A DNA stretch of 64,000 bases. Origin: Candidatus Latescibacterota bacterium. GTDB lineage: Bacteria > Latescibacterota > UBA2968 > GCA-2709665. The stretch is taken from the NCBI GenBank assembly GCA_965116875.1, contig OZ220733.1, forward strand, positions 160,001 to 224,000, read 5' to 3'. A program made the translations under genes and the position numbers. Below are positions 1 through 9,744 of the stretch, piece after piece; within the stretch, counting starts at the first letter, position 1; every line of letters begins with the position of its first letter. The notes below the pieces were generated by a model. That model was not told where the DNA came from. It made no database searches and saw only the letters and a list, made by a program, of their open reading frames with translations.

Positions 1-24
1 ATCATCGTCAGGGAGGGTATTCAG

Positions 25-2199
25 ATGAAAAGGTCAACGATTTTCGGGGTCACTCTTGTTTTGACCACTGTCCTGTTTTCACACGACAGCCTCGCACAGG
101 ATCATACACGCCTGGGACTGCCCCAGGGGGCCCTCATGCGCCCGGGCAAAGGAGAGTCACGCCTGTTGGCCTGGTCGCGGGACGGCAAGCGACTGGCGGT
201 TGGGGGTACGATTGGCATCTGGGTCTACGATACCGAAACCGGGGACGAGGTTTCGCTGCTCGCGGGTCATAGATCCGGAGTGGTATCGATGGTGTTTTCG
301 CCGGATGGGACGACGCTGGCAAGCGCCAGTGGCGACTATACGGTGCGGTTGTGGGACGTGGCCACGTGGCAGGAAAGAGGCACCTTGACAGGGCATACCC
401 ATCGGGTCACGTCGGTCGTGTTTTCGCCGGACGGGACGATGCTCGCAAGTACCGGAAATGACCGAACGCTACGGCTGTGGGACGTGGCCGCGGGGCAGGA
501 AATAAGCACCCTCACTGGACATACGTCCTGGGTCACTTCGGTGGTGTTTTCGCCGGATGGGACCACGCTGGCAAGCGGCAGCCGGGACGAAACGGTGCGG
601 TTATGGGACGCGGCCACTGGGCGCTACAAAAACACCCTCACAGGACACACGTCGTCGGTCACGTCCGTGGTGTTTTCGCCGGATGGAAAGACGCTGGCCA
701 GCACCAGTAGCGAACGTACGGTGCGACTGTGGGACCTGGCCACGGGGCAGGAAAAAGGCTCCGTGAAAGAACAAAACTGGTGGCCCGGATCGGTGGCGTT
801 TTCGCCGGACGGGAAGACCATGGCGAGCGGCGGTTACGACAATACGGTGCGATTGTGGGACGTGTCCACAGGTCAAGTCAATCACACGCTCACAGGACAT
901 ACGGCGACAGTCAGGTCGGTGGTGTTTTCTCAGGATGGGATGACCCTGGCCAGCGGCAGTTCGGACAATACGGTGCGGTTGTGGGACGTGGCCACAAAAA
1001 AGGAAAAAACCACCCTGACGGGACATTCGGGGACGATCAGGACGATAGCGTTTTCACCGGACGGGACAACGCTCGCAAGTGCCAGTTGGGATCATACGGC
1101 GCGGTTGTGGGACGTGGCCACGGGTCAGGAAAAGAAGACCCTGGCTGGACATTCCGGTGACGCCAGGTCGTTAGCGTTTTCGCCGGACGGGACATCGCTC
1201 GCAAGTGCCAGTGATCGTACGGTGCGGTTGTGGGATGTAGCCACGTGGCGGGTAAAACGCGCTTTCACAGGACATACCCGTGATGTCAGTTCGGTAGCGT
1301 TTTCGCCGGATGGGAACACGCTGGCAAGCGGCAGCTGGGACGGAACTGTGCGGTTGTGGGACGCGGCCACAGGGCAGGCAAGACACACCCTCACAGGACA
1401 TACCCGAGGAGTCGAGTCGGTCGCGTTTTCCCCGAACGGGTCGATGCTCGCAAGCGGCGACGGCGGGATTGGTACGGTGCGGTTGTGGGACGTGGCCTCA
1501 GGTCAGGAAAAAAGCGCCTTGTCACCACATTTCGGTACGGTCTATTCGGTAGCGTTTTCGCCGGATGGAAAAACGTTGGCAAGCGGCAGTTCGGACAATT
1601 CAGTGCGGCTGTGGGATGTCGCCTCGGGGCAGGTGGAAAACACCTTTACAGGACATACACTACATGTCCTTTCTGTCGAGTTCTCGCCGGACGGGACGAC
1701 GCTGGCGAGTGCCGGTAAAGACAATACGGTGCGATTGTGGGACGTGGTATCAGGGCAACAAGAGTTCACCCTCGCGGGACATACGGAATGGGTCTTTTCG
1801 GTGGCGTTTTCACCGGATGGAAGCACGCTGGCCAGCAGCAGCTGGGACGGTACAGTGCGGTTGTGGAACGCGGCCACGGAGCATGAAGAAGCCACCTTCA
1901 CGGCGCATACGTATTGGGTCCCGACGGTGGCGTTTTTTCCGGATGGACGCACGCTGGCCAGCGGGGGCAGCGCGATCTTATTGTGGGATGTGTCGCCGTA
2001 TGTCGCGCCTCAATCCCTTGTTGCCGACTTCGACGGCGACGGGACCGTGGGCTTCCCCGACTTCCTGCAGTTCGCGTCGCAGTTCGGTCAGAGCCGGGAC
2101 GACGCCGGATTCGACGCGCGTTTCGATCTGGACGGCGACGGCGAGGTCGGGTTCAACGACTTCGTGATCTTTGCGCGCAGCTTTGGCCGGGGGACATGA
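25..2199 (+). CDS. Secreted WD40-repeat protein with C-terminal dockerin-like (double DxDGDG Ca-loop) domain, array gene 1 (type A)
   Basis: Signal peptide ending SLA-QD; 14 GH..FSPDG..WD repeats plus a degenerate first repeat; ADFDGDGTVGFPDF..FDLDGDGEVGFNDF tail; GGAGGG RBS. Confidence 0.93.
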   Translation: MKRSTIFGVTLVLTTVLFSHDSLAQDHTRLGLPQGALMRPGKGESRLLAWSRDGKRLAVGGTIGIWVYDTETGDEVSLLAGHRSGVVSMVFSPDGTTLASASGDYTVRLWDVATWQERGTLTGHTHRVTSVVFSPDGTMLASTGNDRTLRLWDVAAGQEISTLTGHTSWVTSVVFSPDGTTLASGSRDETVRLWDAATGRYKNTLTGHTSSVTSVVFSPDGKTLASTSSERTVRLWDLATGQEKGSVKEQNWWPGSVAFSPDGKTMASGGYDNTVRLWDVSTGQVNHTLTGHTATVRSVVFSQDGMTLASGSSDNTVRLWDVATKKEKTTLTGHSGTIRTIAFSPDGTTLASASWDHTARLWDVATGQEKKTLAGHSGDARSLAFSPDGTSLASASDRTVRLWDVATWRVKRAFTGHTRDVSSVAFSPDGNTLASGSWDGTVRLWDAATGQARHTLTGHTRGVESVAFSPNGSMLASGDGGIGTVRLWDVASGQEKSALSPHFGTVYSVAFSPDGKTLASGSSDNSVRLWDVASGQVENTFTGHTLHVLSVEFSPDGTTLASAGKDNTVRLWDVVSGQQEFTLAGHTEWVFSVAFSPDGSTLASSSWDGTVRLWNAATEHEEATFTAHTYWVPTVAFFPDGRTLASGGSAILLWDVSPYVAPQSLVADFDGDGTVGFPDFLQFASQFGQSRDDAGFDARFDLDGDGEVGFNDFVIFARSFGRGT

Positions 2200-2281
2200 T
2201 GCGAACACGCCTTGTCAGATTGGTCCGCATCGGGCGATCGGATATGCAACCGGGCTGAAGCGGTCGCGGTTATGTCCATGA

Positions 2282-2388
2282 TCTGAAAGGAGGTGACTTC
2301 GGAACCCACGTTGAGAAGAGTCAGGCCGCGGTATGTTAACGTGACAAGCTATGGATCGGGGCAGGTGTCGAAATGACACGACGTGCAA
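2282..2388 (+). promoter_or_regulatory. Conserved intergenic module with (A)AAGGAGGTGA core; other copies at 4779-4826, 4895-4925 and 7292-7398
   Basis: Alignment by eye of the intergenic regions in front of array genes 2, 3 and 4. Confidence 0.6.
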
Positions 2389-2556
2389 AGGGAGCGGACG
2401 CACGTTGCGGTCGATCATTGCGCACAACGTCTCTCCATATCTGAATCACTCGCTACAGGGTAATAGAATTGCCACATCAGTCGCAGATTTTCCATGCGGC
2501 TTAAATGAAGTCGATCCGAACAAACCCAGTTTGAGATTGTCCGGGAGGATTTACAA

Positions 2557-4632
2557 TTGAAAAGGTCACAGGTATTGAGTCTCATTCTTATTACCACGGC
2601 TGTAATGATCGCCCAGAACAGCAGCGCGCAGGATTACGTTCGCTGGAATCTGCCCCAAGGGGCACTCATGCGTCTGGGTAAAGGAAACGTGCTAGACGTG
2701 GCCTGGTCGCCGGACCGCACGCTCATGGCCGTGGGCACCAGCCCTGGCATCTGGCTCTACGATGCCGAAACCGGGACGGAGATTTCCCTGATCACCGGAC
2801 ATTCGTTCAGGGTCAATGCGGTTGCGTTTTCTCCAGATGGTCTGACGCTGGCAAGTGGCAGTCGGGACAATACGGTGCGGTTGTGGGACGTGGCCACCGG
2901 AGATGAAAGGAGCATCCTCACGGGACATACCTACAATGTCGAGGCGGTAGCATTCTCGCCGGATGGGACGACGTTGGCAAGTGGCAGTCGAGACGGCACG
3001 GTGCGGGTGTGGGACGTGGAGACGGGGCAGGAAAAATACACCCTCCTGAACGAAAAGTACCGGGAGTTGCGGAACAGGCCCTGGGTCTATTCGGTCGCGT
3101 TTTCACCGGACGGTCTGACGCTGGCAAGCGCCAATCGGGACACGACGGTGCGGGTGTGGGACGTGCATACAGGGCAAGAAAAACACACGCTCACCGGACA
3201 TACGAATAGACCCATTTCGGTAGCGTTTTCGCCGGATGGAACGACGCTGGCAAGCGCCGGTCGGGACAGTACCGTGCGGTTGTGGGACGTGGAAACGGGA
3301 CAGGAAGAGAGAACCCTGAAAGGACATACCCATGTGGTGTATGCGGTGGTGTATTCGCCCGATGGATCGGAACTTGCAAGCGGCAGTCAGGACCGGACGG
3401 TCAGGTTGTGGGACGCGGCCACAGGGCAGGAGAAACACACCCTCACAGGACTTACGTCCACCGTACTGTCGGTTGTTTATTCACAGGATGGGATGACGCT
3501 GTCAACCCGCAGTTTCGACAATACGGTCCGGGCGTGGGATGTTGAAACCCAGCAGGAAACAAACACCCTCACCCTTACAGGGCATACCCAATCTGTAAAT
3601 TCTGTAGCGTTTTCGCCGAATGGGACAACCCTGGCAAGCAGCGGGAACGACCCAGGCATCCGGTTGTGGGACCCGGCTACAGGGCAGGTAAAAAGCACTT
3701 TCGCAGGAAATGGGTCGGTGGCGTTCTCGCCGGATGGGATCACGTTGGCAACCGGCGGCGGTCGGGACGGGCCGATGCGTTTGTGGGATGCGGCCACGGG
3801 GCAGGAGAAACACACCCTCTCCGGGCATACGTCGTTTGTCGAGTCGGTGGCGTTCTCGCCGGACGGGACCACACTTGCAAGTGCGGGCGGTCGGGACGAA
3901 ACGGTGCGGTTGTGGGACGTTGACGCAGGCCAGGAGAAACATACCCTCACTGGACATACGGAGACTGTCTCGTGGGTGGCGTTTTCGCCGGATGGATCGA
4001 CGCTTGCAAGCGCCAGCTACGACAATACGGTGCGGCTGTGGGATCCGGCAACCGGACAGGAGAAAAACATCCTCACAGGACATACCCATGGGCTCCATTC
4101 GGTCGTTTTTTCGCCGGATGGGCAGACACTGGCAAGCTCCGATTCCCGGGGTACGGTACGGTTGTGGGATGCGGCCACGGGGCACGAGAAAAACACCTTC
4201 TCGGCACAGGGAGAGAATTTCTTTTCCATTGCGTTCTCGCCGGATGGGACCACGCTGGCAACCAGCAGTCCGTACAGGGCGGTATGGCTGTGGGACGTGG
4301 CAACCGGACAGAATATACGCGCCCTCAGAGGACATACAGCTCCGATCTGGACGGTAGAGTTTTCACCGGACCGTAGAACGCTGGCAAGCGCCAGTTACGA
4401 CGGTACGATTCTGCTGTGGGACGTCTCGTCACGTGACGCGCTGCAACCCCTTGCCGCCGACTTCGACGGCGACGGGACCGTGGGCTTTTCCGACTTTCTG
4501 CAATTCGCCGCGAGTTTCGGGCTGAGTTGGGGAGATGCGGGATATGACGCGCGCTTCGATCTCGACGGCAACGGTGAGGTCGGGTCCCGCGATTTGTGGA
4601 TCTTCCAGAAAAGCTTCGGCCGGGGTTCATGA
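2557..4632 (+). CDS. Secreted WD40-repeat protein with dockerin-like tail, array gene 2 (type B)
   Basis: TTG start after GGAGG; signal peptide; YVRWNLPQGALMRLGKG cap; ~14 WD repeats; double DxDG loop tail. Confidence 0.93.
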   Translation: MKRSQVLSLILITTAVMIAQNSSAQDYVRWNLPQGALMRLGKGNVLDVAWSPDRTLMAVGTSPGIWLYDAETGTEISLITGHSFRVNAVAFSPDGLTLASGSRDNTVRLWDVATGDERSILTGHTYNVEAVAFSPDGTTLASGSRDGTVRVWDVETGQEKYTLLNEKYRELRNRPWVYSVAFSPDGLTLASANRDTTVRVWDVHTGQEKHTLTGHTNRPISVAFSPDGTTLASAGRDSTVRLWDVETGQEERTLKGHTHVVYAVVYSPDGSELASGSQDRTVRLWDAATGQEKHTLTGLTSTVLSVVYSQDGMTLSTRSFDNTVRAWDVETQQETNTLTLTGHTQSVNSVAFSPNGTTLASSGNDPGIRLWDPATGQVKSTFAGNGSVAFSPDGITLATGGGRDGPMRLWDAATGQEKHTLSGHTSFVESVAFSPDGTTLASAGGRDETVRLWDVDAGQEKHTLTGHTETVSWVAFSPDGSTLASASYDNTVRLWDPATGQEKNILTGHTHGLHSVVFSPDGQTLASSDSRGTVRLWDAATGHEKNTFSAQGENFFSIAFSPDGTTLATSSPYRAVWLWDVATGQNIRALRGHTAPIWTVEFSPDRRTLASASYDGTILLWDVSSRDALQPLAADFDGDGTVGFSDFLQFAASFGLSWGDAGYDARFDLDGNGEVGSRDLWIFQKSFGRGS

Positions 4633-5063
4633 AGCGAACAAACGGTGTCAAAAGCAAGTCGAGCCAGGTTTGCATTAAGGCAGGGAACCCACCCCCGTCA
4701 GGCGAGTTCCCGGCCTGAAAACTGAAGCCTTGGCAGACCTCTGTTTTGCCTTTCCATCGATCACTCAATCTGGCCACGTCTGGGAAGGGGGTAATTTCGG
4801 AACCCGCGTCGAGAAGAGTCAGTCCGTCGAACGTCTGCTTTAACGCGATGATCGCCGTCACAAGGGGTTATGCCGACCACGGATCGGATCGCGTTCTGAA
4901 AGGAGGTGATATTGGATTCCACGTCGCTAAATCTCTCGCCTTTGTACGACTATGTGAGAATCCAAGGCATTGAAGTTGCCACATCAGTCACAGATTCTCC
5001 ATGCGGCTAAATTGAAGTCAATCCGAACAAACCCAGTTCGTGATTATCAAGGAGGATTTACAA

Positions 5064-7148
5064 ATGAAAGGGTCAACGACTTTAATCACCCTCCTTCTGT
5101 TGACGGCCGTCTTGATCGCCCAGGACAGCAGCGCACAGGATTACACTCGCTGGAGTTTGCCCGAAGGGGCCCTCATGCGGTTGGGAAAAGGCTCCGTGCG
5201 TGACGTGGCCTGGTCGCCGGACCGGACGCTCCTGGCCGTGGGGGGCACCGCTGGAATCTGGCTCTACGATGCCCAAACCGGCGCGGAGATTTCCTTGATC
5301 ACAGGACATTCGTTCAGGGTCAATGCAGTTGCGTTTTCACCCGATGGTCTGACGCTGGCAAGTGGCAGTCGGGACGATACGGCGCGGTTGTGGGACGTGG
5401 AAACCGGAGAGGAAAAAGGCATCCTCACGGGACACTACTACGACGTCGAGGCAGTGGCATTCTCGCCGGATGGAACGACGCTGGCAAGCGGGAGTCGCGA
5501 CGGTACAGTGCGGGTGTGGGACGTGGCCACAGGCCAGGAAAGAAATATGCTCTTAAGTGAAAAGTACACGGAAAGGTGGCAGGCGCCCGCGGTTGTGTCG
5601 GTGGCATTCTCGCCAGATGGGAGGACGGTGGCAAGCGCCGCTGCTGACACTACGGTACGGGTGTGGGACGTGGAAGCCGGGGACGAAAAACACACCCTCA
5701 CAGGACATACGAACAGGATCTATTCGGTGGTGTTTTCGCCCGACGGAACGACCCTTGCAAGCGCCAGTCGGGACAGTACCGTGCGGTTGTGGGACGTGGA
5801 AACGGGGCAGGAAAAGACCACTCTCGCAGGACATACAAGCAGGGTCTATTCGGTCGTGTTTTCTCCCGATGGTCTGACGCTGGCAAGCGGCAGTTACGAC
5901 CATACGGTGCGGTTGTGGGACGCGGCCACAGGACAGGAAAAAGGTACCCTCACAGGACATACGTCCACTGTCCTGTCGGTTGCGTATTCGCCCGATGGTC
6001 TGACACTGGCAAGCCGCAGTTTCGACAATACGGTGCGGAAGTGGGACGTGGAAACCGTGCAGGAAAAAAGCACTTTCACCCTCAGAGGACATACCCGCCG
6101 TGTCGATTCGGTGGCGTTTTCGCCGGATGGGCGGACCCTGGCCAGCGGCCATTACGACAGTAAGGTACGGTTGTGGGACGCGGAAACCGGGCAGGAAAAA
6201 AGCACCTTGGCAGGACATACGCGCGGGGTCGCGTCGGTGGCGTTTTCGCCGGATGGTCAGACCCTGGCAAGTGGCAGTTTCGACAGTACGGTGCGGCTGT
6301 GGGACGTGACCACGGGGCACGAGGAACACACGCTTACAGGACATAATGGCACTGTAAGGGCGGTTGCGCTCACGCCAGATGGGAGGACGGTGGCGAGCGG
6401 CGGTCGGGACGAAACCGTGCGATTGTGGGACGTGACCACCGGGCACGAGAAATATACCCTCGCAGGACATACCGATGATGCCACTTCGGTGGCGTTTTCG
6501 CCAGATGGGTCGACCCTGGCAAGCGGCAGTTACGACAATACAGTGCAATTGTGGGATCCGGAAACCGGGCAACAAAAGGACACCCTCATTGGACATACCC
6601 GTGCAATTCATGGAGTGGCGTTTTCGCCCGATGGGATGACGATTGCAAGCGCCGGTAATGACGCCGCGGTGCGATTGTGGGACGCGGCCACAGGGCAGGA
6701 GAAAAACACCCTCGCAGCAGCAAGTGCCGAGAACTTCTGGTCGGTGGCGTATTCACCACATGGGACAACGCTGGTATGCGGAAGTCCGTACAAGGCAATT
6801 TGGTTGTGGGACGTGGTCACTGGACAGGATATACGCGCCCTCATAGGACACACCGATCCAGTGCGGACGGTCGTGTATTCGCCGGATGGGATGATGCTGG
6901 CAAGCGCCAGTTACGACGGTACGATTCTGCTGTGGGACGTCTCGTCACGTGACGCGCTGCAACCCCTCGCCGCGGACTTCGACGGCGACGGGACCGTGGG
7001 CTTTTCCGACTTTCTGCAATTCGCCGAAAAGTATGGTCTGAGCTGGGGAGATGCGGGATACGACACGCGCTTCGATCTGGACGGCGACGGTGAGGTCGGT
7101 TCCGCCGATTTGTGGATTTTTCAGAAGAGCTTCGGCAGGGGTAGCTGA
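5064..7148 (+). CDS. Secreted WD40-repeat protein with dockerin-like tail, array gene 3 (type B)
   Basis: ATG at 5064 after AAGGAGG, homologous to the gene 2 start; same architecture. Confidence 0.93.
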   Translation: MKGSTTLITLLLLTAVLIAQDSSAQDYTRWSLPEGALMRLGKGSVRDVAWSPDRTLLAVGGTAGIWLYDAQTGAEISLITGHSFRVNAVAFSPDGLTLASGSRDDTARLWDVETGEEKGILTGHYYDVEAVAFSPDGTTLASGSRDGTVRVWDVATGQERNMLLSEKYTERWQAPAVVSVAFSPDGRTVASAAADTTVRVWDVEAGDEKHTLTGHTNRIYSVVFSPDGTTLASASRDSTVRLWDVETGQEKTTLAGHTSRVYSVVFSPDGLTLASGSYDHTVRLWDAATGQEKGTLTGHTSTVLSVAYSPDGLTLASRSFDNTVRKWDVETVQEKSTFTLRGHTRRVDSVAFSPDGRTLASGHYDSKVRLWDAETGQEKSTLAGHTRGVASVAFSPDGQTLASGSFDSTVRLWDVTTGHEEHTLTGHNGTVRAVALTPDGRTVASGGRDETVRLWDVTTGHEKYTLAGHTDDATSVAFSPDGSTLASGSYDNTVQLWDPETGQQKDTLIGHTRAIHGVAFSPDGMTIASAGNDAAVRLWDAATGQEKNTLAAASAENFWSVAYSPHGTTLVCGSPYKAIWLWDVVTGQDIRALIGHTDPVRTVVYSPDGMMLASASYDGTILLWDVSSRDALQPLAADFDGDGTVGFSDFLQFAEKYGLSWGDAGYDTRFDLDGDGEVGSADLWIFQKSFGRGS

Positions 7149-7258
7149 CGGGAACACGCCGTGACCGAACGAGGCGGCTCCAGGTCTGCATGATTGCCGG
7201 GAACCCACCGTTCGTGAAGGGTCCCAACTCGCCAGTGGTACCATGGCGGATATCTGTA

Positions 7259-7287
7259 TTGACATTCTATCGATCTCCTAATATGAC
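7259..7287 (+). promoter_or_regulatory. Possible sigma70-type promoter (TTGACA-N17-TATGAC) just upstream of the conserved module
   Basis: Perfect -35 box, weak -10 box, 17-nt spacer. Confidence 0.35.
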
Positions 7288-7492
7288 GGCGTCTGAGAAG
7301 GAGGTGATAACAGGAATCCACATCGCGAAAAGTCAGGCCGCTGTATGTTTACGTGAGAGGCAATGGATCGGGACAGGTGCTGAAATAACACGTTGCACTG
7401 GGTGAGCGGGAGGGCAATGCCGCCTTGCGACGTCTACAAGGTCTCTCGATGCGGTTTAATCAGAGTTAATCATAGTAAGGGAGGGCATTCAG

Positions 7493-9580
7493 ATGAAAAA
7501 GCTCGCGATTTTGAGCCTCATTCTTGTTTCGACGATTGTCTTGCCGGCACAGAACAGCAACGCGCAGGATTACCTTCGTTGGCGCTTGCCAGAAGGCGCA
7601 CGCATGCGTCTGGGCAAGGGAAACGTACTTGACGTGGCCTGGTCGCCGGACCGCACGCGCCTGGCCACGGGGGGCACCGCCGGCATCTGGCTCTACGATG
7701 CCCACGCCGGCACGGAGATTTCCCTGATCACCGGCCATGCGTTCAGGGTGAATGCGGTTGCGTTTTCACCCGATGGTCTGACGCTGGCAAGTGGCAGTCG
7801 CGACGATACCGTGCGGTTGTGGGACGTGGAAACGGGACAGGAAAAAAGCATCCTCACGGGTCACAGGTACGACGTCGAGGCGGTGGCATTCTCGCCGGAT
7901 GGGACGACCCTGGCAAGCGGCAGTCGCGATGGCACGGTGCGAGTGTGGGACGTGGAAACCGGGCAGGAACATCACAGGCTAATCAACGAAAAGTACACGG
8001 ATAGGTTTAGTAACCCCTGGGTCGTGTCGGTGGCGTTTTCGCCGGATGGAGCGACGCTGGCCAGCGCCAGCCGGGACAGTACCGTACGGGTGTGGGACGT
8101 GGCCACCGGGGAGGAAAAGCACACGCTCACGGGACATACACATGGGGTCTGGTCGGTGGCATTTTCGCCGGACGGAATGACGTTGGCCAGTGGAAGTCGG
8201 GACAACACGGTGCGGTTGTGGGACGTGGAAACGGGACAGAAAAAGTTCACCATGGACGGGCATACCCATTGGGTGTATTCGGTCGTGTTTTCGCCCGATG
8301 GATCGACGCTGGCCAGCGCCAGTCGGGACAGTACCGTGCGGGTGTGGGACGTGGAAACCGGACAGGAGAAACACACACTCACAGGGCATGAGTCCAGAGT
8401 CCAGTCGGTTGCGTATTCGCAGGACGGGATGACCCTGGCGAGCCGCGGTGTCGACAATACGGTGCGACAGTGGGACGTGGGAACCGGGCTGGAGAAGGGC
8501 ACCCTCAGACTTACAGGGCATACCTCCGCCGTCGGTTCGGTTGCATATTCGCCGGACGGAACGATACTGGCAAGCGGCGGTAGCGACCGCATGGTCCGGT
8601 TGTGGGACGCGTCCACAGGGCAGGAATTGAACACCCTCACAGGACATACGCGGTTTGTCAATTCGGTGGCGTTTTCGCCGGATGGGTTGACGCTGGCAAG
8701 CGCTGGCAGCTATCGGGACGATACGGTGCGGTTGTGGGATGCGGCCACCGGGCACGAGAAAAACACCCTCATAGGACATACGGGCAGTGTCGAGTCGGTG
8801 GCGTTCTCGCCGGATGGCAAGACGCTGGCAAGCGCCGGCGGCTATCGGGACAGTACGGTGCGGGTGTGGGACGCGTCCACAGGGCAGGATATACGCACCC
8901 TCACAGCACATACCGGAAGGGTCGAGTCGGTGGTTTTTTCGCCGGACGGGTTGACGCTCGCAAGCGCCGGAAACGACTCTACGGTGCGGTTGTGGGATGT
9001 GGCCACAGGGAACGAGAAACACACCCTCACAGCAACTACCTATAGGATCCATGAGGTGGTGTTTTCGCCGGATGGGACGACGCTGGCAAGCGCAGGTATT
9101 GACGGTACGGTTCAGTTTTGGGACGTGAACACAGGGCAGGACATACGCACCCTCACTGGCGATAATTTCCGTTCGTTGGCGTATTCGCCGGATGGGATGA
9201 CGCTGGCAACCGGCAGTGCGCACAAGGCGGTATGGCTGTGGGACGTGGCCACAGGGCAGAATGTACGCGCCCTCACGGGACATACCGATCCGATCAATTC
9301 GGTGGTGTTCTCTCCGGATGGGAGAACGCTTGCAAGCGCCGGTTACGACGGTACGATCCTGCTATGGGACGTCTCGTCACGTGACGCGCTGCAACCCCTC
9401 GCCGCCGACTTCGATGGTGACGGAACCGTGGGCTTTACCGACTTTCTGCAATTTGCCGCGAAGTACGGGCTGCGCTGGGGAGATGCGGGATATGACGCGC
9501 GTTTCGACCTTGACGGCGATGGGGAGGTCGGGTCCTGGGATTGGAGGATCTTCGGCCAAAGCTTCGGCCGGGGTAACTGA
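7493..9580 (+). CDS. Secreted WD40-repeat protein with dockerin-like tail, array gene 4 (type B)
   Basis: Same architecture; shares the TILLWDVSSRDALQPLAADFDGDG junction with genes 2 and 3. Confidence 0.93.
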   Translation: MKKLAILSLILVSTIVLPAQNSNAQDYLRWRLPEGARMRLGKGNVLDVAWSPDRTRLATGGTAGIWLYDAHAGTEISLITGHAFRVNAVAFSPDGLTLASGSRDDTVRLWDVETGQEKSILTGHRYDVEAVAFSPDGTTLASGSRDGTVRVWDVETGQEHHRLINEKYTDRFSNPWVVSVAFSPDGATLASASRDSTVRVWDVATGEEKHTLTGHTHGVWSVAFSPDGMTLASGSRDNTVRLWDVETGQKKFTMDGHTHWVYSVVFSPDGSTLASASRDSTVRVWDVETGQEKHTLTGHESRVQSVAYSQDGMTLASRGVDNTVRQWDVGTGLEKGTLRLTGHTSAVGSVAYSPDGTILASGGSDRMVRLWDASTGQELNTLTGHTRFVNSVAFSPDGLTLASAGSYRDDTVRLWDAATGHEKNTLIGHTGSVESVAFSPDGKTLASAGGYRDSTVRVWDASTGQDIRTLTAHTGRVESVVFSPDGLTLASAGNDSTVRLWDVATGNEKHTLTATTYRIHEVVFSPDGTTLASAGIDGTVQFWDVNTGQDIRTLTGDNFRSLAYSPDGMTLATGSAHKAVWLWDVATGQNVRALTGHTDPINSVVFSPDGRTLASAGYDGTILLWDVSSRDALQPLAADFDGDGTVGFTDFLQFAAKYGLRWGDAGYDARFDLDGDGEVGSWDWRIFGQSFGRGN

Positions 9581-9744
9581 TGGCAACACGCCGTGTCGGT
9601 GTCCGGTTGCTCCAACTTTCTCCACGAATCCATCGCTCGGTGCAGGTCGTCGACATACTGGAATCAATCACTGTCTTTTCGTGCCATTAAATCCTGGTTC
9701 ATCCCTCGTAGTCAAAGTTTATCATAGTCAGGGAGGGCATTCAG

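Noticed and set aside
2282-2296. 16S rRNA 3'-end fragment on the minus strand
   Set aside because: Only the ~12-nt anti-SD match; flanks do not resemble rRNA.
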